64,000 bases of DNA from a virus, in the IMG/VR virus record IMGVR_UViG_3300020733_000010, positions 96,001 through 160,000 of that record; one strand, 5' to 3'. Both the position numbers and the translations under genes were made by a program. Below the pieces are notes generated by a model. The model saw only the letters and a program-made list of their open reading frames with translations. It was not told where the DNA came from and ran no database searches. Shown here piece after piece: positions 1 to 9,458 of the stretch. Position 1 is the first letter of the stretch; each line of letters begins with the position of its first letter.

Positions 1-483
1 GGAGAATCGTTTATTCGTGCTCCGGGTTCTGGTGCTTATGTGGGTGGCAAGAATCAAGCAAGAACTGAATTCTTGCACGAAGGTCAAATTCGTTCATTCA
101 AAGGTGACATCGTGCCAGGAGAAAGTTTCAGCAAAATGAATGCAGAGTGTAAGTTCTATCAGGACTTTCCGTTTCACTTAATTCTAACAGGTGAATGCAA
201 ACAACTTGATTCGTGGCTTGACCAACTACTTGATGTAGAAGACGAAGGCGATTTTAACATTCTTTTTATGAAGTTTAATCGTAAGGGTCAATATGTTGCA
301 GTACAACCTAAACTAACATGGATCATGGATAACTATTGGTTCTATGCTAGTAAAAAGTACGGTGACTGGATCATCACAGAGAAGGACAGCTTTTTCAAAA
401 ACAATGCAGAATTAGTTAAACAATATTCAGGCACATCAGACACCAAGTCAAAACAAACAAATCAAATTACAATACAAACTTAA
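1..483 (+). CDS. Holliday junction resolvase-like PD-(D/E)xK nuclease, 5'-truncated by the window edge
   Basis: Frame +1 is open from base 1 (GESFIRAPGSGAYVGGKN...), so the ORF-track start at 40 is internal. The RxPxSGA, KGDI and ECK motifs resemble phage Hjc-type resolvases. Confidence 0.55.
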   Translation, partial: GESFIRAPGSGAYVGGKNQARTEFLHEGQIRSFKGDIVPGESFSKMNAECKFYQDFPFHLILTGECKQLDSWLDQLLDVEDEGDFNILFMKFNRKGQYVAVQPKLTWIMDNYWFYASKKYGDWIITEKDSFFKNNAELVKQYSGTSDTKSKQTNQITIQT

Positions 484-499
484 TACATAGTAAAAATTA

Positions 500-1050
500 G
501 CCGGCTCAGTTGTGAGTCCTCCTTGAGATTGTACAGATTGTGCTGTGCCGTCAGATACTGGAGTATACATGTCAGCAATGACGTGGGATCACCGAGAGTG
601 CAATCGACCAAAGCGAACACTCAATGAGGTTATAGCGTACTCTGTCTTGAGGCTATAACACATGCGTTGCCGAGGCGGTATATGAAGAATATACTAGTCT
701 CACTACAGGCTCATAACAATTTATAGGGTAACCGGTGGCAGTTAGTAGCATAAAAGGGCTGATTAACTGGAGCATAGACGGCAAAGGATGACGGGCATGG
801 CAAATTCCCTTAACCATTGGTAGTGCTGAATAGCACTACCATGGCTTCAAAGCGGCAATATGTTCCGTGAATATGATTGTTAAATTAACTGTTAGTTTGA
901 ATCAGGAAGAATAGTAACAATCAAAACCGAATGTTGTGAACGAAGTGAACAACATGAGGTATTAGATGAACGAAGTTCATCTATTAATATGAAACCAAAT
1001 AGAGATTAGATAAAAGTAAAGATTGTAGTTTACGGTAAATGACTAACTAC
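500..1050 (+). ncRNA. Candidate structured non-coding RNA (unassigned family)
   Basis: ORF-free gap between convergent genes with many helices found by eye: 509-518/708-717, 629-636/652-659, 739-746/762-769, 818-827/832-841, 874-882/915-923, 931-937/949-955, 963-971/975-983, 1025-1030/1045-1050. G.U pairs favour the + strand. Confidence 0.4.
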
Positions 1051-1058
1051 GGCTATGA

Positions 1059-1286
1059 TTAGAAGAACGGCAACTTAGTATTCTTAGTTGTTTCCATGTT
1101 GTCTTCAATAATCTTGTTAACAAATTCTCTTTCTTTGGGGCTAAGGTTTAGTATGTCGTTATAACTGATACCTCCCCTCATATACCATGACATTTTCAGT
1201 GCGGAGTTTTTAATTCCTTCGCACTCTCTATCCAGCTGTTTGATATACTCGCTTATTTCTTCTGGACTAAGAAATAGGAGTCTCAT
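1059..1286 (-). CDS. Baseplate hub assembly protein, T4 gp51-like
   Basis: 75-aa ORF with SWYMRGGISYNDILNLSPKERE, typical of gp51-like proteins. ATGA overlap with the upstream gp26-like gene. Confidence 0.55.
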   Translation of the reverse strand: MRLLFLSPEEISEYIKQLDRECEGIKNSALKMSWYMRGGISYNDILNLSPKEREFVNKIIEDNMETTKNTKLPFF

Positions 1287-2104
1287 CCGAAAAAATTTGA
1301 AACGTTGATGTTAAGTGATTGGTTATATTCATGCTGACAGTGTTGGCATGTGATATCAATGGGTTTAATCTCACTAGTTTTACGTAGGTTGGCACTAGTT
1401 GTTTTAATAAGTTCATGTGTATTCTTATCACAGCTAATAATGAACTCAAGGATAAAGTCTGGATCAAATACAGTGTCAGTTGGTGTTTTGATATACTCAA
1501 TAGTATCAACTAATAAATGCATAGACATTTCAGTTAGTTGTTGAAGGAACTTAGTTGCATTTACATTAGTATCTTCATCTGAAGATTTTGCTAATTGTGT
1601 TGCAGCCTTTTGAATCTCAAACTGTTTGATGCCCATGTCATTGATATTTTTATAATCTAGCGGTCTAAATTTAATCTTCAACCCATTTACTTCTAGTAGT
1701 TCTCCATAGTTACTAGGGGTCAATCCAGCCAGCAATATATTTAAGTTAATATCAAATTTGTTTTCTTCTTCACACTTTGGACAGGTTGTGTTAATTTCCA
1801 TAGTTTCACCTAATGTTGCTATTCTAATAGCAACCAGCATGGGATCCAAATCAATAGATAACACACTCCATGGATCCTTGATGTTAGGGATACAACTACG
1901 AATCAACTCAACAACTGCGGTTCCGTTGTACAATGCATCAGGTGTGCGACTTGTAATTTCATCAATCGCAGTCATCGGGTACACGGGTAGTTCACCGTTA
2001 TCAGGTAGATCAATCGCACCTTCGGGATATCCTTCTCCACCTGATGGTAGTTTTAAGAATAGTGCTGGTCTACGAAAATATTGGCTTAGTGGGTTATTTG
2101 ACAT
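1283..2104 (-). CDS. Baseplate hub subunit, T4 gp26-like
   Basis: N-terminal YFRRPALFLKLPSGG..GELPVYPMTAIDEI, plus CPKC and CQHC Zn-like motifs, match gp26-type hub proteins. Paired with the gp51-like gene. Confidence 0.7.
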   Translation of the reverse strand: MSNNPLSQYFRRPALFLKLPSGGEGYPEGAIDLPDNGELPVYPMTAIDEITSRTPDALYNGTAVVELIRSCIPNIKDPWSVLSIDLDPMLVAIRIATLGETMEINTTCPKCEEENKFDINLNILLAGLTPSNYGELLEVNGLKIKFRPLDYKNINDMGIKQFEIQKAATQLAKSSDEDTNVNATKFLQQLTEMSMHLLVDTIEYIKTPTDTVFDPDFILEFIISCDKNTHELIKTTSANLRKTSEIKPIDITCQHCQHEYNQSLNINVSNFFG

Positions 2105-2126
2105 AAAATCTCCATTTTTAGGTATG

Positions 2127-2133
2127 CTAAATA
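2127..2133 (+). promoter_or_regulatory. T4-late-like promoter box (CTAAATA) for the tape-measure-like gene
   Basis: Matches the recurring xTAAATA motif found upstream of late genes in this window. Confidence 0.45.
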
Positions 2134-2143
2134 CATATAACCG

Positions 2144-2150
2144 TATTTAA
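2144..2150 (-). promoter_or_regulatory. T4-late-like promoter box (TTAAATA, minus strand) for the gp26/gp51-like pair
   Basis: TATTTAA on the + strand, 39 nt upstream of the minus-strand start at 2104. Confidence 0.45.
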
Positions 2151-2163
2151 TACCCAAAACACC

Positions 2164-4656
2164 ATGGCAGATAATTTTACCCCAGATCAACTAGAAGTAT
2201 TCAGACAAATCACTGAACAAATGAGCAGTTTGAATACTGCCATAGATCCAGTGATTGCTTCTAAAAAGGCAGAACAAATGGCCGCTATGGAGCTTGCAAA
2301 TGGTATTAAGCAGAGTACATTAAAAGCAGTTCATGGTCTTGAAAACTTTACCGGTGCTCTTGTTAACGGTAAAGACGGATACAAAAAATACGGAAAAGCA
2401 GTTCAAGAAGTTACTGATGGTTTTGGTGATTTGCTTGAAGTCATTGGATTGTTTACACTAGCACTTGACCCATTAATAGGTGTAGGTTTACTTATAGGTG
2501 GAAAACTTACTAAGTCTATTGGTGACTTTGTTGAGACTGCAACAGAACGAAATGATGAGCTATTAAAATCATTTAGAAACTTAAGTGAGTTCGGGGATAT
2601 AACCGCAGGTGGTCTTGAAGGTTTAAACGACCAACTACATAGATTTGGTTATACATTCCAAGATGCTGAGAAATTTGTAAATTTGATTAAAGGTGCTGCA
2701 CCAGAGCTTGCACGTTTTGGTGATAGTGTTAGTGATGGAACAGCACGTTTAGGTGAACTATCAGGTGAAATATTAAATGGACCTATCGAATTCCAATTAA
2801 GAAGATTGGGATATACAACTGATGATGTAAACAAAGAACTAGCAGTGTATGCACAAACTCAAGTTAGATTGGGAATGTCACAGCGTAAATCAGTTGCTCA
2901 AATGACCGAAGAGTTTACACAATTAGCAAAACTCACGGCAGAAATTAACGAATACACTGGAATGGAACGTGACGAGATTGCTAAGAAAATGGAAGCAACT
3001 CAACGTGACATTGCATGGCAATTGTACTCACAAGAGTTAGCTGAGAAAGACGCAGATAAAGCAAGAAAAGCATCTAACTTTATGACTGAAATTGGCACTG
3101 CTTACAATGATGAAGTAGAAGGTCAAATTAAAAAGATCATTATGTTAGGGGGAGCCACAGAAGATACAGTTGGTGCAATTCAATCATTCCCTAATATTTT
3201 CCAGGACTATGAAGATTACATTAACTCTGACCAGATAGGTCAGCGAGATGAAGTACGTAATAGAATGAAACAAGAAGTTTACGAACGTTCAAAACAGATA
3301 AACTACCAAAACCTTGCATTAATGGGTGATGGGGTTAAGAACTTTTCAGTAAACCTACAGGCACAATCAAAGGCATTTGAAATGGCAACAGGAGCAAGAA
3401 TTAACGCAGAGAAACGTGTGATTGAGGCTTTGACTCGCCATTCAGAATTGTTAGAAGAAAATAACTTACAAGAAGTTATGAACCGCAATAACCGAATTGC
3501 ACAAGACAGAATAGGTATGTTAGCAACTAAGGGTTTGGTTGGTGGAATCAATTCACTTGAAAAAGCAACATATAGTGCATTTAGAACTATGGGTGCAGCT
3601 ATTGATTGGGTCACAAGTTTTTTACCTGAAGGATGGAGAACACATCTCAAACAAGATTTACCTGAAATGAAAGATCAGGGCGATCTAAAAGAATTACAGG
3701 ATCAAAACGAAACACTTAAAAAGCGTGAGGATTTACTCAAACAATTACTTGATAATGCTGAGTATAAGAATATGACTTTGGGTCAGATTTTTGACAAAGA
3801 AGTTGACCGAGCAAAAGATATCAATGCACAACTTAAAAAAGAAAAAGATGCAACTGAACGAGACAGATTACAAAAAGAGTTAAAAGATGTTCGTGACAGA
3901 TTAAACTCAATACGTGATGAAGAATACTCTGATGATAAAGGTCAGATGAAAGGTGATGTAAAACAGCATTTAGAGCGTTTAAAAGCTCAACAAGCATCAA
4001 CTACAAATCAAATTGCAACATTACAAACTCAACTTGGAATGAATTCAGGAGGTGGTGGAACTAGTAATGGAAATAGCGGTAATGCGTTAAGCGGTGATTA
4101 TGGTAAAGTTACTCCAACAACATTAGCTGCTATTGAAAAAATGCATGAAATATACGGTGGTAGAGTACCGCCGCATGGCACTACCCAAGGTGAACATGAT
4201 GATCCGGCTCATTATAGGGGCACAGCATTTGATTATGTACTACCTGATGATATGGCTCCTAAGACTAAAGCAGAGGCTGATATATTAGCTGAAACTATTA
4301 AACAACAATTGGGCGCTACCCGAGTACTCGAAGAATACTTTGACAAATATGATAAGACAGTTGGTCATGTCATGCACATCAATATGGGTGCAGCAAATGG
4401 CGGATTAATATCAGGACCTAAATCAGGATACCCATTCTTGGGTCATGGTACTGAACTTGTTATACCAGGTGCAGATAAACTCAAAGAATTCAAAGGTGGA
4501 AGTAAAGAGCCGTTGAGTAGCATATTTGGCGGTGATGACAACAAAGAAATGATAGAACTATTAACCGAATTCAACAGTAAAATGGATAGCTTCATTTATA
4601 TAATGGAATCTAACAACGGTATACAAGAGAACATTTTGCGCCACATGAAGGTCTAA
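2164..4656 (+). CDS. Tape-measure/baseplate-hub-like tail protein with a C-terminal putative Zn peptidase domain
   Basis: 830 aa, largely helical/coiled-coil, one hydrophobic segment (LLEVIGLFTLALDPLIGVGLLIGG). C-terminal HYRGTAFD...HVMH and AANGGLISGP..HGTELVIP motifs. Lies next to the hub genes. Confidence 0.6.
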   Translation: MADNFTPDQLEVFRQITEQMSSLNTAIDPVIASKKAEQMAAMELANGIKQSTLKAVHGLENFTGALVNGKDGYKKYGKAVQEVTDGFGDLLEVIGLFTLALDPLIGVGLLIGGKLTKSIGDFVETATERNDELLKSFRNLSEFGDITAGGLEGLNDQLHRFGYTFQDAEKFVNLIKGAAPELARFGDSVSDGTARLGELSGEILNGPIEFQLRRLGYTTDDVNKELAVYAQTQVRLGMSQRKSVAQMTEEFTQLAKLTAEINEYTGMERDEIAKKMEATQRDIAWQLYSQELAEKDADKARKASNFMTEIGTAYNDEVEGQIKKIIMLGGATEDTVGAIQSFPNIFQDYEDYINSDQIGQRDEVRNRMKQEVYERSKQINYQNLALMGDGVKNFSVNLQAQSKAFEMATGARINAEKRVIEALTRHSELLEENNLQEVMNRNNRIAQDRIGMLATKGLVGGINSLEKATYSAFRTMGAAIDWVTSFLPEGWRTHLKQDLPEMKDQGDLKELQDQNETLKKREDLLKQLLDNAEYKNMTLGQIFDKEVDRAKDINAQLKKEKDATERDRLQKELKDVRDRLNSIRDEEYSDDKGQMKGDVKQHLERLKAQQASTTNQIATLQTQLGMNSGGGGTSNGNSGNALSGDYGKVTPTTLAAIEKMHEIYGGRVPPHGTTQGEHDDPAHYRGTAFDYVLPDDMAPKTKAEADILAETIKQQLGATRVLEEYFDKYDKTVGHVMHINMGAANGGLISGPKSGYPFLGHGTELVIPGADKLKEFKGGSKEPLSSIFGGDDNKEMIELLTEFNSKMDSFIYIMESNNGIQENILRHMKV

Positions 4657-4659
4657 CCG

Positions 4660-4666
4660 ATAAATA
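4660..4666 (+). promoter_or_regulatory. Late promoter box ATAAATA, 4 nt before the portal ATG
   Basis: cgATAAATAgaatATG; no Shine-Dalgarno sequence between box and start. Confidence 0.55.
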
Positions 4667-4670
4667 GAAT

Positions 4671-6446
4671 ATGAGTCATAAAAAGCGTTTTTCCAATTTA
4701 ACCGGACAGATGAGTCCAATCGGTGGCGGTAATAACAACACTGGTGCATGGAACGGTCCTAACACTGAACCAACCGGTGGTTGGCAAAACAGTGACTTTG
4801 GTTACAAGAACTATCAAAGTCGTTTACCTGAAGTTTATACAGGTCACCCTAATCGTATTGAACGTTATAATCAATATGAAATGATGGACGTAGATGCTGA
4901 AATTAATGCATGTTTAGACATTATTGCTGAGTTCAGCACACAGAAAAACGAACAAAATAACACGCCTTTTGAGATTGTTTTCAATGAAGATCCTACTCCA
5001 CATGAAGTAGAACTAATCAAAAAACAACTACAACAATGGTGTAAACTAAACGAATTTGACACTAGAGTGTTCAAAATCTTCCGTAATGCTATCAAATACG
5101 GAGATCAAGTATTCTTACGTGATCCAGAAAACTTCAAGTTATACTGGATTGACATGACAAAAATTAGCAAAGTTATTGTTAATGAAACTGAGGGTAAGAA
5201 ACCAGAACAATATGTTATCAAAGACATTAACCCTAATTTACAGAATCTTGCAGCAGCAGAAAAGACTACAACAGACTTTCAAGCACAACCTCCAACAGCA
5301 GGTTATAGTGCTCCATACAGTTACACAGTTCCAAATGAACCATATGGTACAACTGGATCACGTTTTAGTTTAGGTATTAACGAAGCCGCTGTAGATGCAA
5401 AACATGTAGTTCATCTAAGTTTAACTGAAGGCTTAGACCGATACTGGCCTTTTGGTCAGAGTGTGTTAGAAAACATCTTTAAAGTTTACAAGCAAAAAGA
5501 ATTGCTTGAAGATGCTATTCTAATCTATCGTGTGCAACGTGCCCCGGAACGTAGAGTGTTCAAAATTGACGTTGGTAATATGCCAGCACACATGGCAATG
5601 GCATTCGTTGACCGTGTTAAAAACGAAATTCACCAAAGACGCATCCCAAGTATCAACGGTGGACAATCAGTGATGGATGCTACTTATAACCCATTAAGTA
5701 TCAACGAAGACTATTTTTTCCCTGTTACCGCAGATGGTCGTGGTAGTGATGTCACAATGCTTCAAGGTGGACAGAACTTAGGCGAGATTGACGATTTACG
5801 TTATTTCAACAATAGACTAGCACGTGGTCTACGTGTTCCAAGTAGTTATTTGCCGCAAGGTCCTGAAGACAATCCTATGCCATTGAGTGATGGACGTGTT
5901 GGTACAGCAATGATTCAAGAGTTCCGTTTCAATCAATATTGCGAACGACTACAAAAATACATCAGCCAAAAATTAGATGACGAATTCAAATTGTTTATGC
6001 GTTGGAGAGGGTTCAATATTGACAGTTCATTGTTTGATATCAAGTTTAATGCACCGCAAAACTTTGCTGCATATCGTCAAAGTGAACTAGATAACGCACG
6101 TGTAGCAGTGTTCCAAACAATGGAAGCATTCCCATATATCAGCAAACGTTTTGCTATGACTCGTTTCTTGGGATTGACTGAGGAAGAGATTGAAGAAAAT
6201 AGTCGCTTATGGTTTGAAGAACGTGAAGAACCAGAAGATAGTAACACATCAGGTAGTGATTTACGTAGTATTGGTATCAGTCAGGGTGATATGGAAACTG
6301 ATAGTGAAACTGCCGAAAACATGCCAGATGAAAATGAAATGAATACACAAATGCCACCTGAGATAGGCCCAGGCGTTCAAGGCCCAGAGTCTATGCCAGC
6401 TAATGCGGGTATAGGTGGCGGTGGACCTGGTGCTCCTTCAATGTAA
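4671..6446 (+). CDS. gp20: Portal vertex protein, T4 gp20-like
   Basis: Hallmarks LLEDAILIYRVQRAPERRVFKIDVGNMP, EDYFFP and LGEIDDLRYF...LRVPSSYL; first gene of the head module. Confidence 0.93.
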   Translation: MSHKKRFSNLTGQMSPIGGGNNNTGAWNGPNTEPTGGWQNSDFGYKNYQSRLPEVYTGHPNRIERYNQYEMMDVDAEINACLDIIAEFSTQKNEQNNTPFEIVFNEDPTPHEVELIKKQLQQWCKLNEFDTRVFKIFRNAIKYGDQVFLRDPENFKLYWIDMTKISKVIVNETEGKKPEQYVIKDINPNLQNLAAAEKTTTDFQAQPPTAGYSAPYSYTVPNEPYGTTGSRFSLGINEAAVDAKHVVHLSLTEGLDRYWPFGQSVLENIFKVYKQKELLEDAILIYRVQRAPERRVFKIDVGNMPAHMAMAFVDRVKNEIHQRRIPSINGGQSVMDATYNPLSINEDYFFPVTADGRGSDVTMLQGGQNLGEIDDLRYFNNRLARGLRVPSSYLPQGPEDNPMPLSDGRVGTAMIQEFRFNQYCERLQKYISQKLDDEFKLFMRWRGFNIDSSLFDIKFNAPQNFAAYRQSELDNARVAVFQTMEAFPYISKRFAMTRFLGLTEEEIEENSRLWFEEREEPEDSNTSGSDLRSIGISQGDMETDSETAENMPDENEMNTQMPPEIGPGVQGPESMPANAGIGGGGPGAPSM

Positions 6447-6447
6447 G

Positions 6448-6454
6448 ATAAATA
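6448..6454 (+). promoter_or_regulatory. Late promoter box ATAAATA
   Basis: 7 nt before the ATG at 6462; no Shine-Dalgarno sequence. Confidence 0.5.
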
Positions 6455-6461
6455 ATATACT

Positions 6462-6683
6462 ATGAAATTATACGAAATGTTTGATCCAGCAATTGACGGG
6501 ATGCAGGACTTAGGTTCTGATAACTCTGCACCTAAGTGGAAAGAAACTCGTAAGACCAAATTAACACTTAGACAGATTCGTAAATTACGTAAAATGTTAG
6601 ATGTTCGCAATTATGAACGTGCTAAAAATCTTATTAAGATACGCAAACAATACGAACCTGTCGCTGAACAACCTTCTCTATAA
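6462..6683 (+). CDS. Small basic head-module protein (gp67/gp68 position), function unknown
   Basis: 73 aa with a basic TLRQIRKLRKM helix, between the portal and scaffold genes, with its own late box. Confidence 0.65.
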   Translation: MKLYEMFDPAIDGMQDLGSDNSAPKWKETRKTKLTLRQIRKLRKMLDVRNYERAKNLIKIRKQYEPVAEQPSL

Positions 6684-6703
6684 TCCACTAAAGTTAGTGG
6701 ATT
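6682..6703 (+). other. Stem-loop (9-bp stem) directly after a stop codon; possible terminator or processing site
   Basis: AATCCACTA-AAGT-TAGTGGATT; the following U-tract is weak. Confidence 0.35.
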
Positions 6704-6766
6704 TCCTATATCTTTAACAAAAACGTAAAAAAATACTAGTTATTGAGCAGTTTTTAGTGATACCCA

Positions 6767-6773
6767 CTAAATA
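6767..6773 (+). promoter_or_regulatory. Late promoter box CTAAATA
   Basis: Upstream of the AGGAG Shine-Dalgarno and ATG at 6813; overlaps the inverted repeat 6753-6771. Confidence 0.5.
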
Positions 6774-6812
6774 ATTTTACACAAGCCATTTCTATATCAG
6801 GAGAACAATACA

Positions 6813-7673
6813 ATGGATAATAAAAAGTTTGAACAACTTATTGATTTGATTATCAATGAGGACGAAGCCAAAGCATCAGCTTTGTTTCACGATATCGTAG
6901 TTGAAAAAAGCCGCGAAATCTATGAATCATTGATGGATGAAGAAGGCATGGCAAGCACTGACCAAGTTGGTGGATTGCTAGATGAAATTTCTGCCGAAGA
7001 AGAAGGCATGACTGAAGATGAAGACGAATTTGCTGACATGGGTGATGACGGCGAAGGCGAAGAAGTCGATTTAGATTCTGATGAATTTGGTCATGAAGAC
7101 GGCGAAGAAGATTTAGAAGACCGTGTCGTTGACTTGGAAGACAAGTTAGACGAATTGATGGCCGAGTTTGAAGAACTAATGGCTAAAGAAGACGGTGAAG
7201 AACACGGTGAAGACTTCGGTGACGAAGGCGAAGAACACGGTGATGACATGATGGAATCTTCTGAAGATGATGAAGAAGAAGACATGATGGAAGCATCTGA
7301 AGATGATGAAGATGAAGAAGAAACTTTGGAAGAAGCAGTTCAATTGCAAAAAGTTTCTGTTACACACGGTGACAACGGTGCGTACACAAAAAGCCCATCA
7401 TTGAACAAAAATACAAAAATCTCTAGCAATGGTGCTAAAGTTGTATCATTAGGTGGCGGTGAGTCAACTAAAGGTGGTACACAAGGTGGTTTGTTAAACC
7501 CAGCAACTAAAGACTTACCAGGCGCAGGTAAATTCAAAAATGCTCCAGGCAAAGGTAACTTCAGTGAAAAAGGTGAAGCAGCTCCAAAACCAAAGCATGG
7601 TGATGACGGTCAAAACACTAAGTCTATCGTAGGTGAATCTCGTAAGACTACTAAGAAAATCATTAGAAAATAA
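6813..7673 (+). CDS. Acidic prohead core/scaffold-like protein
   Basis: 286 aa with a very D/E-rich middle and a coiled-coil (LEDRVVDLEDKLDELMAEFE); lies between portal and protease as T4 core proteins do. Confidence 0.6.
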   Translation: MDNKKFEQLIDLIINEDEAKASALFHDIVVEKSREIYESLMDEEGMASTDQVGGLLDEISAEEEGMTEDEDEFADMGDDGEGEEVDLDSDEFGHEDGEEDLEDRVVDLEDKLDELMAEFEELMAKEDGEEHGEDFGDEGEEHGDDMMESSEDDEEEDMMEASEDDEDEEETLEEAVQLQKVSVTHGDNGAYTKSPSLNKNTKISSNGAKVVSLGGGESTKGGTQGGLLNPATKDLPGAGKFKNAPGKGNFSEKGEAAPKPKHGDDGQNTKSIVGESRKTTKKIIRK

Positions 7674-7687
7674 GGATACCTGAGAGA

Positions 7688-8323
7688 ATGGCTTTGTATC
7701 TCAAGGAGAACCTAACATTTGATAGAGCCAATATGGTTCTTGAGAGTGAAGGTGAAGGCAGTAAGAAGTCCCTTTATATGAAAGGGATCTTTATTCAGGG
7801 CGGGGTACGTAATGCAAACGAGCGTGTGTATCCTGTATCTGAAATTGAAGCTGCTGTTAATACTCTTAATCAGCAAATCTCAGAAGGTTTATCCGTATTG
7901 GGTGAAGTAGATCACCCTGATGATTTAAAAATCAATTTGGATCGTGTTTCACATATGATTACATCTATGTGGATGGATGGTGCAAATGGATTCGGCAAAC
8001 TAAAAATACTTCCTACTCCAATGGGACAACTAGTTAGTACTATGTTAGAAAGTGGAGTTAAGTTAGGTGTTAGTAGCAGAGGAAGCGGAAACGTGGACGA
8101 TGCATCAGGAAAGGTTAGTGACTTTGAAATAGTCACTGTGGATATTGTCGCACAACCTAGTGCGCCTAATGCTTACCCTAAAGCAATTTATGAAGGTATG
8201 ATGAATATGCGTCATGGTCATAAATTGTTGGGTATTGCAAAAGAAGCACAAAACGACAGTAAAGTACAGAGATACTTGAAGGATGAGGTAACTCGTCTAA
8301 TCAATGATCTCAAAATTAAATAA
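7688..8323 (+). CDS. gp21: Prohead core protease, T4 gp21-like
   Basis: GIFIQGGVRNANERVYP, LGEVDHP, GVSSRGSG and TVDIVAQPSAPNAY motifs. Confidence 0.92.
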   Translation: MALYLKENLTFDRANMVLESEGEGSKKSLYMKGIFIQGGVRNANERVYPVSEIEAAVNTLNQQISEGLSVLGEVDHPDDLKINLDRVSHMITSMWMDGANGFGKLKILPTPMGQLVSTMLESGVKLGVSSRGSGNVDDASGKVSDFEIVTVDIVAQPSAPNAYPKAIYEGMMNMRHGHKLLGIAKEAQNDSKVQRYLKDEVTRLINDLKIK

Positions 8324-8335
8324 GGGGATACCAGC

Positions 8336-9433
8336 ATGTTAGATGCTATCAAACCATTACTTGAAAGCGGTATCATCAATGAAGAAACTAGTGTTGCGAT
8401 TAACGAAGCATGGGAATCTAAATTGAACGAAGCTCGTGAACAAGTGCGTTCAGAATTGCGTGAGGAATTCGCACAACGTTATGAACATGACAAAACAATA
8501 ATGGTAGAAGCCCTAGATAAAATGATGACAGACGGTCTCAATGCTGAAATTGCAGAATTTCAACAAGAGAAACTAGCTATGAACGAAGACCGCGTTAAAG
8601 CACAACGTAAGTTACAAGAAAATGTAACCAAAGTAAATGACTTTATGATTACTAAACTAAGTGAAGAAATCAAAGAGTTACGTGCTGAACGTAAACTACA
8701 AACAGAAAGCCAACAAAAGCTAGAACAATTTATTGTTCATGCACTATCACGTGAAATCAAAGAATTCTCACAAGATAAGCAAGCTGTTATTGAAGCTAAG
8801 GTCAAGTTAGTAGCAGAAGGTCGTCAACAATTGGAAGCATTGAAAGCAAAATTTGTTGCTGAAAGTGCCAAGAGAGTTAACGAATCTGTTGTTAAACATT
8901 TGAAGGGTGAATTAAGCCAATTGAAAGAAGATATTATGACTGCCCGTGAAAACGATTTTGGTCGTAGAATCTTTGAATCTTTCGCTAGTGAATTCAGTGC
9001 TACTCACTTAAATGAGAAAGCGGAAACACGTAAGTTGTTTACACAACTTAAAGAGAAAGATGCTCAATTAGCAGAATCTATCAAAACAATCAGCAACGCT
9101 AAGAAGTTGATTGAAAGCAAAGAACGTGAAGTTCGTATTATCAAAGAATCTAATGTCCGTCAAAAGACAATGGAAGAATTGCTATCTACTCTAAATGAAG
9201 AAAAAGCAAGTGTAATGCGTAACTTACTAGAAAGCGTCCAAACACCTCGTCTACAGGCCGCTTTCGATAAATATCTACCAAGTGTATTGAATACTATTAC
9301 AGAGAAGAAAGAAGTTAAAAAACCTGTCTTATCTGAAAGTAAAGCAATCACTGGTGATAAAACTGTTAAACAGGTTGAAGTCGAAGAACGTGGAAACGTT
9401 ATTGACCTTAAGCGTTTGGCAGGGCTTAAATAA
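8336..9433 (+). CDS. gp22: Prohead scaffolding protein, T4 gp22-like
   Basis: Long E/K-rich coiled-coil between protease and capsid genes; GRRIFESF motif. Confidence 0.8.
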   Translation: MLDAIKPLLESGIINEETSVAINEAWESKLNEAREQVRSELREEFAQRYEHDKTIMVEALDKMMTDGLNAEIAEFQQEKLAMNEDRVKAQRKLQENVTKVNDFMITKLSEEIKELRAERKLQTESQQKLEQFIVHALSREIKEFSQDKQAVIEAKVKLVAEGRQQLEALKAKFVAESAKRVNESVVKHLKGELSQLKEDIMTARENDFGRRIFESFASEFSATHLNEKAETRKLFTQLKEKDAQLAESIKTISNAKKLIESKEREVRIIKESNVRQKTMEELLSTLNEEKASVMRNLLESVQTPRLQAAFDKYLPSVLNTITEKKEVKKPVLSESKAITGDKTVKQVEVEERGNVIDLKRLAGLK

Positions 9434-9458
9434 AGACATAAATTAGGAGAATATATAA

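Noticed and set aside
484-1058. tRNA, tmRNA or RNase P RNA in the non-coding gap
   Set aside because: No GGTTCRA T-loop or CCA cloverleaf and no tmRNA ends. A minus-strand GAGCCGGCTAA near 498-508 weakly resembles the RNase P 3' end, but the only GGAAAGTCC (minus strand, 162-170) is inside the resolvase CDS and in the wrong order.
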